A stretch of DNA of 64,000 bases, taken from Camelus ferus (taxonomy: Eukaryota). The position numbers and the translations under genes are program-made. Within the stretch, counting starts at the first letter, position 1. The number at the start of each line of letters is the position of its first letter. The DNA is taken from contig NC_045697.1 of the NCBI RefSeq assembly GCF_009834535.1, forward strand, positions 34,908,001-34,972,000, in the 5' to 3' direction. Below the pieces are notes generated by a model. It did no database searches, had not been told where the DNA came from, and saw only the letters and a program-made list of their open reading frames with translations. Shown here piece by piece: positions 1-11,109 of the stretch.

Positions 1-70
1 AAATAAATAAACCTAATCCCCGCCCCCAGAGGTAAATAAGATAAATTGTACAAAAAATAAAATAAATATT
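1..70 (+). mobile_element. 3' tail of camelid-type tRNA-derived SINE (Vic-like), truncated by the window edge
   Basis: AAATAAATAAACCTAAT-CCCC tail is shared with the other SINE copies in the window. Confidence 0.7.
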
Positions 71-122
71 CTTTTAAAAATTTAATTTTTGAATGTTAAT
101 ATTTAATTCTTTCTCCATTTGA

Positions 123-356
<234 letters not shown>

Positions 357-3300
357 TAATTTTGTGCCAAATAGCTGTATTATTATAGTAAGCATGTAGT
401 GATTATTAATTGCTATAAGATAATCATAGCTATAATAAAATTGAAAATTTGTCCCTATGAAATACACAATTGTATCAATACTTCTATTTGTATAAAACTG
501 TGTTCTGTCTAGAATTTTAAAATAAGCAAATTCTAGCTTTTTATATTAAATATATATGCCTTGAAAACCTCATATTCTGCAGTACTGCACATTAAAAATG
601 ATAGGATTTTGAGGGGAAAAAGTCCTGAAACAGTGCACTTAAGACTCAAGCAGCTTTCTTACTAGAACATTAATAAAAATGATAATGATTTTATAAAAAT
701 TCTAGCACAGTTAAAACATGTTAAAATACATACTTCAGCAAATGTAGAATTTCATTAAAAAGTTGAAGGTAACTTGATGGAAAGGAAGGGCTGATACTGT
801 TGAATTAAGGAGACATATGCAACATAAAACAGAGATCAAAGAGAATCATGCAGAAAGAGCTTCTAAGACAAAGTGGCCAGACTGAGCCGAAAAGTGATGT
901 GGGAATAGATGGGCACTCGGACCTTACTGTACAAAGTGATTAAAAAAGAATTGAATGCTCCCCAAAAAGTATTGCTTATTAACTAGAATAGATAGGAGCA
1001 TGCAGTCAAACCAATTTTAAACAAGTTATCAGGGTTATTTATACAATTTTACAAATGCTTAATATGCATGCCTTCTGTCCCGCAGTTCACATCAGCTTTG
1101 TAGTCTGATTAATTCAGTTCCTTCATAGAATGTTTACTGTCAGTGGTTGAAGTGGTCACTGTGATGTGTTCCTTCATTTCCTGAAAGCTGTGAAGAAGAA
1201 ATGATACAAACATGAGGTTACTGACTGTCTATTCATTTATAACTTACTTATTGAGTAACACAACTTTGAAAGCATTCAATTAAAAAAAAATTCCTTTGCA
1301 CTCTTCCTTGGCTCTGTTGTCTTTAGCTGAATTGTATCCTTTGTGTTAAGCTGCTGTTACTTGGTGGCTCAAAAATGAACAATCCAGGAAAAAATATATT
1401 TGAGCCAAAATGCTTTTTTTGATAATATTGATAAACTTTCCTTATTTACCAATTGCATGTTTTATATTACAGAACTTGTACTGTACCATACATTCATAAT
1501 CCTATTTATTCCTCTGAACAATTCTGTGAAGTAGGTTCAGTTACTAGCACATTTTACAAATTATGAAGTGAAGCTTTCAAAGTTTATATAACTTATCTGT
1601 GATAATACTGTACAGCTTATAAGTAGCAAGTTAGGATTCAAGCACATGTTGATCCTGCTTGAAAGTGGAAATCCACCTAGAGAGATTTGTCACATCAGTG
1701 ATTTAGTTCTAAGGCATAAAAATTATTGGGAAATATTTGTTTTTTCTAAGATAAACTAAAATTTTAGGCACTGTGAAAAATTATTACCCAGAGATTCGTG
1801 TACCTCATTTCTTTAGATGGATATATGCAAAAACATGTTTTTGCACCAAATTAAATTTTAAATTTAGTATTCCAGGTCTTCTGAACTGTGTGTTTAAGAG
1901 CATCATTATGATACTAATATGGTGCTCATAAATGGTATAGAGAATAGGGATTCACAAAACTTTAAAAGTAAAGTAAAAATACAGTTTGAACTCTTACGTT
2001 ATCTCTGTAGTGGTGAGTGATAGGTTTTGTGCCTTTAAATTTGCAAATTAAGTTAATTTGATTTGAGAATATCCTGTTTCTGGGGATTTTCTTCCCTTTG
2101 AGAAGAGCAGTCTAAATGTCACTACAAAAGGAAAGAAATCTTGTAAAATATGCACAAATAATCCAGAACACCATTTATACTTGACTTTCAGAGGTGCTTT
2201 AATTCTTAGTTTGAATTGTTAAATTCTGGGGGACTTTCTCAAAGCTTTACATGATATATCTCTAAATAGCATCCCAGCTCTTTGATGAAACCAGCCAAAT
2301 CTATATCCTTTTTATCTCATTGCATTATTGTCAATACCAACTCTTTACTTAGGGTTATTCCTTCATGTCTTCATACATGCTCTTTATTTAAACTACTATA
2401 GCATCTTAAAGCTGTATAGGAATGAAAAATAATTCTAACAAAAATAGAAGAAAAAAGAAAAGGTTGAGAACCTAGGATAAAAATGTTAAAAAAATATATT
2501 GACCACATCTTAAACTTTATGATAATTTCTCACCTCTAGTGGTAGAATTACCAATCTATAATCACCTGCTGATCCCCTAGAATTTTTTTTCTGTAGGTGA
2601 ATTATTTTTCCATTTTCCCCAGAAGTTGATAATTAAGGAAAAAATATAAAGAAACATAATGAGATTCTAATCACTAATTTACTTTTAAGTGGAAAATATG
2701 TATAGTGGTATATTTCAATATTTGAATAGTGTATAGGCAGAAGAAAAAATCAATTACCATCCTTTTTTAAAAATTGCATATACATGTTTATTTTTATATT
2801 TGTAGCTTTAGTGAAGCTTACTTATGAAGAAAATGTCACAAACATTTATTTTAGTATAGAATCACACTATTCACAAAAATGCGTTTGGAAAGTAGTAAAT
2901 CCAGAATATTAGCAGGTTTATAGTTTAATAAACTTTATCTTATAAAAATATTTTAAAACTTTAAAGTTAATACATTATGAAGCAAATAAAATGTTAGCTG
3001 TTCTTAAAATTTTACATATATCTCTGATACATAATATATATGTGTTCTCTTAATTACTATATGTATATGTACTGTTTTCATAGTATTTATATTTTGATAT
3101 ATAATTATGTACAAATATTACTATGGCAAGTTTTATACATTTACACATGAATTTGCATTTTTAGTATTTGACATAAACCAATTTATATATTTGCTGCCTT
3201 TTGTTTTCTTTTAAGTATTTTCCCAGCTCTTAAGTGGTAAAGCTTTGGTTCTTACTTGCTGGTCTGCATGAACCTAACTTTGCAAGGTTGCTGTTATTTC

Positions 3301-4439
3301 CACCTAAGCGACCACTTCTTTTGCCTTGTTACTATGCCAGTCACTATTTTTATATGCTTACTTGCTATGGCTGCATTATTGTGGATGCTGACATTCAAAT
3401 ATGAATATTATATGAGTTCTAATGTATTTTCATTTTGATAGTTATTACCAGTTTTTGACTTTTATACTTGGAAAATGTGAATAACTTAAAAAGTTTAAGA
3501 AAACCAGAGCATTGCAGAGGTTATGGATACATATTTTCTCAGTTTCTCCAGTTAAAAGAAGGAATGTTTGCCAGGGACAGAGATTTTCAAAAGACTAGTA
3601 CCTTGCTTTCTAAGACAACTAGAGCACAGGTTTAGTAGAAAGTTTAATTTTCAGAAAAATGTAGGAATTAGTGGTTCTGAAAAAAGGAAAGAGAAGGGAG
3701 AAAAACCCAAGACAGTCTGCTGATTTAAAAACAGTAATAATCCTCAAACTTTGATTAGTATTTTTAAATGTTTACTTTCACAAGTATTATCTCATTTGAA
3801 CCTCATAACATCCCATTTTTAATTTTTAAAGAAAGAGCAGAGATATAGATTATAGGTACAATGTCATGTAACCAGAAAAGTGGCAAAAACCAAGCCAAAT
3901 TACTCCCTCATCTCAACTCCTCCCTGAGTCTCCTGATTCCCTTCCAATCTCTGTTTGGATTACATCATGGTGACCTAACTGCAAATTAGTCAACATCTTG
4001 GAAAATATTCTTGGATGACTCTGTTGGAGCATGATTTGAGACTGAACTATAAATACTTTGTGAATTACCACAAAAGAGTAAAATAGGTCAGTGTAACATT
4101 TATCCATTTGCTTACATTTAACTAAATGGAAGTATATTTTTGCACAGGATACAGAGTATACTCAGAGAAGAGATATATAGAATCAGTGTTCTACTCTGGA
4201 CCTCTCACTGAAGAGGGAGTATCCAGGATGGTTGTCAGTTTATGCGTAGCTAGACTGCACTTGGGCCCATGGGGAAGGAATTCTCATCCAGATTTCACTA
4301 GGAACCAAAACACCAAAAGGTTACACTCGAGTTTCACATAATTCTGAAACGTGAATTGAAATAAGTCATGCTAAATCTGTGTAATATAGGCTAATATAAG
4401 AAGGAGTGAAATACTTGTAGATCTTCTGTTTAAGGATAA

Positions 4440-4606
4440 GTAGTGCAGTGATGTTGAGTCAATTATCACAAAGAGATTTTATAAATATAGTTTTTCTGAC
4501 CTTCTGGAAATTTTGATTGAATGTATGTGGGATGGGGACCCAGCATGTCTACTTTTAGAAGTGTGTCAGCTGACTCTGGGGCATGTTTAAGTTTGAGAAC
4601 CATTGA
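4440..4606. mobile_element. MER5-type hAT-Charlie MITE remnant
   Basis: Ends in ...TTAAGTTTGAGAACCATTG, typical of a MER5 terminus. Confidence 0.55.
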
Positions 4607-4689
4607 ATTAGACCTCAGCTGTGGAGGATCTTGAATATTTAGTTTAAATCTCTGGACTTTATCCAGTAGTCAGTCACTTACATGTTTCT

Positions 4690-6120
4690 TAATTATTCAA
4701 CAGATATTTATTGAGTGTATGTTATGTTCCAAGCACTGGGAATATAAATGTGAGTGAGACAGTAAATGTCCTTCATTGGCAGGAAGTGATAGGCAGGAAT
4801 TGATGTGGAAACAGGAGAGACATTAACCTTGGCAGTATGAGGAGGTTTTCAGGAAATTATTGGAAGATTTCTCTGTCAGCACAGGAGGAATTGTCACACG
4901 AGGAAAGGAAGTATAGGTTTTCCTAACAGTAGGATCAGTAATAAAATCTTAAGAATGGTACCCTGATTATAGTGGGGGTTTTTGTTTGACTAAAGTGTAA
5001 GTCACAGTTACTGGTTAGTGGGTCCAGTGACCAAGGATAAGAGATGTAGACAGGGGATAGATTCCGATGGGAGTTTTTTAATATCATATTAAGGAGTTTA
5101 GATTTCATCCTGTAAGCACGAAGAGCCATCATAGGCTTCTAATCAGAGCTATTAAGAAATTCAGTCTTGTAGCAATGTGGAGAATGGATCAAAGTTCTAG
5201 AAGGATTTGGAGACTTTCAGTTTAACAACTGCACTTAATCATTTAAAAATGATTTTATCGTTAGAAAATCAATCAACTTAAGATTGATAATTCAGATAAA
5301 AATTTAGTTTTTGTTCTTATTTGGGTAACATTATTTGACTTTGTTGGTGTCTTATGAAAATGATTCATTTCATTCTGTATCAAGCAAATTTTGAGTATAC
5401 TGCCTGACCCTGTTTGCAGTCTGATTCTTTGAATTACTGTTGGACAATTCTGTCTATAGATGCCATTTTTGTGACATCACCTATGAGACTTGAGGGATAA
5501 ATAAGGTCCACTGGAGTCATTGTAGCTATTAATTTAAGATCTTATCAGAACAGTTGATTATAGATGATATTTTATATTAAACCCTTGTTTAAAAAAATTT
5601 TTAATGGTTAATAGATACTGTGGATTGACTATGTTTGTACCGTTGGTTAACATTTGCCCTCATTTACTCCACTCCAATCAAGGTGACCTACTTTCTGTTC
5701 TTCAGATATACCAGGCACACTCCTCCCTCAGGTCCTTACCACTGCTTTTCTTTCTGTCTAGAATGGCCCCCCAGATAACTGTATGTCTCCTTCCTCTCTT
5801 CTTTTAGATCTTTGAGCAAATGTCATCTCTGGGAAATATTTCCTTATCACAATATTTATAATTGAAAATTAAATCCACCTCTTGCCCTCCTTTCCTTCTT
5901 AATTTTCTCCTTAGCAGCTATCACTATCTGGCAGGCCATACATTTTACTCTTTATTTATTGTCTGTTTTCCCTTCCCTAGACTCTTAATTCCATGAAAGT
6001 AGGAATTTTGTTTATCTAGTTGGCTACTGAATCCATTGTTCCTAAAACAGTACCTGGAATAAAGTGGATAATTAACTTTGAAATAATGAAAAAAAGCAGG
6101 AATGAATGAATGAATGAGTG
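4690..6120. mobile_element. Ancient L2 fragments (about 4690-5200 and 5640-6120)
   Basis: L2 3' signatures: ATTCAACAGATATTTATTGAGTG...CACTGGG, and ...GAATGAATGAATGA tail. Confidence 0.65.
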
Positions 6121-7431
6121 AATAAATGGAAATGTGAATGGCAGAAAGCATGTCTGAATAAATATGTAAATGAAGAATACTCGATGATAGCATCCTGTAT
6201 TTCTGTGGGATAGATATGAGGTGTAATGCATTATAAAATTGATTTTTTTTTTAAAGTTTGGAGAATTTTTTTGCTAGTCTGTCTGGCAATATGTTTAACT
6301 TAAATTGGCTTGTTATTTAGCTGCAGTAATGTGTTGAGTGCTGTAGAATTAGAAATTAGATACATTTGTTACTTTTAAAAAAATGTTTACTATCAGACAG
6401 TGACAAAATTCTATCATCGATAGGGTTAAGCAATAGAGGGAAAGAGAAATTCTACTTAAACTCTGGCTAGATTTATGGTTGTGAGATCTCTTTTGGGAGA
6501 TGGGGAACATGTAAATTCTAGAGGTGTATGGAGTCCGACTTTCAAATCGGTAGAATGACATTTTAGAACCACTTAAGTAGGTGACTGCACTAGTAGGTGT
6601 GGGACTCAATCAGTTCATTGGAGGCATGATGAGTTTTAACTCTCAATAGCTCTGAACTGCTCCTTAATTGCCAGTTTTGAGAGTTTCATTGCAGTTAATG
6701 GTGAGTTTTGAAGAAAGCTTAGAAGTCCTCATTGATCACTGTAAAAAACAAATGCTCTGACTCATCCAAACCGCTCAACCCCACCAATACACCCTACCCA
6801 CTCCATAGGCATATGTGCACAGCCCAAACATGTTGCTGCCCAAAGTCTGAAGTGCAATTAGTTGAATTCTACAGCAAGATAATGTTGAACATATTAAAGT
6901 CACTAGATTGTGACTCCCTTGCGGACCTGCCTAGTTCTGAGTTTTCTTCTCCTTTTTGAGTATGGGGATTGCTATTTCACATTAGGGCAATTCATCTAAC
7001 AATAACTGCTTTGCCAAAGCCTGCTTTTTTTGCACTGAACAAGTACTACATTTATTTTTTTCTGTACTGTGTGCTTGTGTTCATCACTTTTACTTATTAG
7101 CTTTGTATTCTTTGCATCCTGTAGCATGTTTGCTGGTGGTTTGTTTTTCTTTGATATTTTAATTGGTTTACATATTGTAGATTTTCTCATCTTTAAGAAG
7201 CGATTTCTGAAAGTATGCACTTTGCACTAAGATTTCCATTCCCTTTCTTTTCCAACTTAATGCACTAAGCATCACTTCAAGATTTCTCTGCTTCTAGGAT
7301 TCTAACATATTTTCACCTTATCTGTTCCTTAATAAGTTTCCAAGTTTGTATTAAAATATTCAAGTGTACAGAAGCTATAGCCTTTATCTTGTCCTTGCAG
7401 GCAAATATTACAGTTCCTTATTTTTCAACAG

Positions 7432-7509
7432 CTTCGCAAAGGCTGAAAAATTTGCCTCGTACTTCTCTCAAAGCCAAACAGTTGCTTCAAACTTCATCTA
7501 CAAAAAGAG
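7432..7509 (+). CDS. SLAIN2: SLAIN2 alternative cassette exon, 78 nt / 26 codons (TSQRLKNLPRTSLKAKQLLQTSSTKR-V)
   Basis: Acceptor ttatttttcaacag at 7431 and donor GAG|gtaact at 7510. Length is divisible by 3, phase 1-1 fits both neighbouring exons, and the frame is open. It matches the recalled 26-aa difference between short and long SLAIN2 isoforms. Confidence 0.88.
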
Positions 7510-10500
7510 GTAACTACAACCTCTTACTAAGTTTTAAGTTTCAGCAAATGGCTCAAATTAGTTAAATCCTTTACCTTTTGGCATACTGAGTCGGTGATGT
7601 CTATACATAGAGCACGTTTTAGTCTTTTTTTTTTTTTTTAATAATAAAATGTGGACTCATTCTCTGTTACTTGGATAAATCCAGAAGAAACTCATTTTCC
7701 ACAGAGGTATGTATTGGGTTGCAATTCTGAAAGGAATAAGTGATATATAGCATTTAATGTTAGAGAATTTATCATTTTTCTTACTAACCTAAAACTGAAG
7801 GTCATTGTTTTAACTTTGTTAGGCAAACTAATAAATGCTTTAAAATGAACCTAATGCCAGACATTCTGTATGTAATGTTTCTTCTTCTGACTTTGGTTTT
7901 GGATTACTTATCCGTAGGATGGAATGGGAATGTTTTCATACTAGAAATTGATTGATGTTAAATCAGAGTTGTGATTAACTTTGTGGAGTGGCAGCTTTTG
8001 GAAGAAATCATAGCTGAATAAATACATGAAGGTTGACATCAAAGCTATCATACTGGTTCCAAGAGGTTGGATGTATGGACAGCTAGAAAGAAGTAGAATT
8101 GGGAGAAACAGTGGGGTTGAATAGACCGACATTAATAAGAATGAATAGAAGCCTCCGAGGAAATGGGACAGTAAGGAAAAATATTTCCCTGATCCAGGAC
8201 ATGTAGATTTCCTGATAGCTTCAGAACTCAATAAATAACAAAGATATATAAGAAGGCTAAAGCACTAAAGGACATTATATGGAAAGAGGATGCTTGAGAT
8301 TTGAGTTGTTGAAAAAAAAAGATTTGGTTAATATGGTTACAAAAGTACTGAAATAGATTTTTTAGCAAGTTTATTAATACACATGTTTTAGCAATGATTT
8401 GGTTAGTTAGGTATAATTTAAGGAAATAGTTTCAGATAATAGAATCCAAAGAAAAGAGAATAATCAAATAGAAAAATAGAATGTGTGAGTGTTTGTGTTT
8501 TGGGTATCAGAAGTTGATCGTAGGCTTCCAATAGGGATGTCTTGGTGCCATTGTCAGAAATAATAGATTGGATAGATTATGCTCTTCTGATGGAGAAGAT
8601 GACTTATTAAGGATTATTATAGAAAAGGGTTCTTAAATTATTTGAGGGCCTTAGGCCTCTTTTTTGAGACTTCCAGGTATTTTTGAGTACTTCTAGGAGT
8701 AAAAGGTAGGTGAAAACAGATGATCATAAAAGGATTATAGTGTCTACAACAGGGCAAGAGATAATTTTTAAAAAGTCAAGAATTTTAAATTTATATTAGT
8801 TTTATTTTTTGTATGCCTCTGTAAGCTGCTTCATAATCCTTTTTTGGCATTAGGTTGACTTAAATAGCTATACTTTTTACTTAAAGATTTATGTTGCTAT
8901 TTATTAGATTGAGGAAGTTATAACTGCTGGCTAATTTTTTTTTTTTAGGGGGAGGGTTGCAGCTGGGCATGAGTCTGGGGAGGTTACATTTTTTGTGACT
9001 CTGAGCTACCAAACTGCCTACCTTCCATGATAAGATGACAGGAAAACCCCGGCCTATAATTCCTGGTACCTCTAGCTGTCCAGTTGACATGGTAGAGGGA
9101 GAGAAGTTTGTGCACGTGTGTGTTTGATTTTTGTTCTATTTTGTTTGTTTAATCTCTTATTTTTCTTAATCCAGACTCCCATATTTTCTGGTTGGTATTG
9201 TGGCTTGGTGATGATGATTTTACACTATAAGCTCTGAACCAATTGAAAAATGGATAGTATATGATAGGATTTAAAATATTAGTTTAATTACTGGTCAAGC
9301 TGAATTGGAGAATTATCTCTTGGGTCCAAGGTCAAAATGGATTTTCTAATTTCCCCTCATAGCAAGAGAGAGAGGGATCTGGTCTGCATTGGACTGTGGG
9401 ATTCTCTGCTCTTGAAGGGATGCAAAACAGGGTTCAGACACCAGGTGTTCATAGGTACTTCTGCACATTAAACCTGTCCAATAGAGAAACATGGACTAGA
9501 TAGTAAATTGTTAGATAAATCAGTTGTTCCTCATCCTGGGAATGAGCCTGCAACATTTTCTAGAAAGCTGATGTATTTATTTTAAGGGCTCACAGGATCA
9601 TGGGAAGAGAAAGAAGATGGATTCCTTAACTATTGAAAAAATGGTGCCTTTGATTTTAATTTAAGCATTTAGTAGTAGCTGGTGTTTGAAGATGGGAAGG
9701 GAAGTAAAACTTGCCTGGCGCAAAGAAACACACCATAAACATTTGTTGAAAAAACATGAGGATGCCACTAACTGAAGAAAGGCCAGACACATCCATTTTT
9801 GCATTTTCTTCTTGCAGAGTTTTTGTGTTTCTTCAGCCCATTTTTCTCTTAGAGGAAAAGAACCATTGTATGTTTTTAAGACTTCATAGAAGTGACTGAT
9901 TAAACTGCTTTGGTAGATGTATTTTATTTATTCCCAGTTGTTGGGAACTCAGTGAAGAAGAGATAAAAAGGCTAGAGAACTCGCCAAGTCAGGGGAAGAA
10001 TATGAAGACTAATTAGAAAAGTGAATGCAGAGATCAGGATATATTTAAAGATGGAAACATTTTTATTTAGAAGGAAAGAAGTAACTAAGGAGGAGTTGTT
10101 GATGGTAGTTGTCTAATACTGCTTTAATTCATGGTATTTTGAGATATTTAAGGTGAGATAAGCAGTGTTTATAAGAGGCCTTATTGATAGGAACTGAAAA
10201 TGCTATTTGATATCAGACTATCTGAAAATAGAGAGAATCCAGGGATTTTATCATTACCCCGGAACCAAAATTGAAAATTTCTTGTGTTCCCTCATCTATC
10301 AACTAACGAGTAGTTATTGAATCTGTATCATAAACAAGATTCATGCATTATATCCTTCTCTCTTTTTTTCCCCCTCTGTTCTAGCCCCTCTTTACTTTTT
10401 CTTCTATTCCAGTTGTGATCAGAGGCGGCCTCTGCCATAAACTGTTAGATACAGTTAAAATGATGAGTTGCTCTCCCTCCCATGACTTTGCTATGTAAAA

Positions 10501-11109
10501 TTGGAAAAATGGGAGAGAGGATGGAGGCTGTTCTTGGGGCTCCCTCCAAATACACAATTTCTGTTAGACCATTTCATGCTATTTTTGGAATGATAATTGA
10601 ATAGATTTTATTTATATTTAGACTGGCTAAGGTGTTTATGATTTTCTAAGATTCTTTTTCCCTTTAGTTAAATCTTAACTACATCTATCAATTTCCTTTG
10701 CTGAGAAAAACCTAGATCAAAATTTTCTCCTCTCTGAAATTTTTGCCTGTGTTAAGTATGGATTGCATAAAGACCTTAAACATTCTGTGGTCTTAAAAGA
10801 TCACCTGATTTCAGTTAACCTCATTTTTATTCCTCCATAGCTTATAGATGAGGCAAATGCTGCTACCATTAGAGGAAACTTTTTTTTTTATAATAGTAAA
10901 AACTACAGCTTTTGCACTTCTTCATATGCTCTCTAGTTTTCCCTCAGCATATATACATTAACTTTGTTAAAGTATTTCTCTTCCGTATCTTGAGATTGTA
11001 GAAGCTTTTGACTTGTCCTTTCATAAACGCTAGTGCATTTATCTAAGAACTTAAGGATTAGTGAATTTAAAAGGATTTCTAATTTATAAATCTGTTTTTA
11101 AATCTTTGT

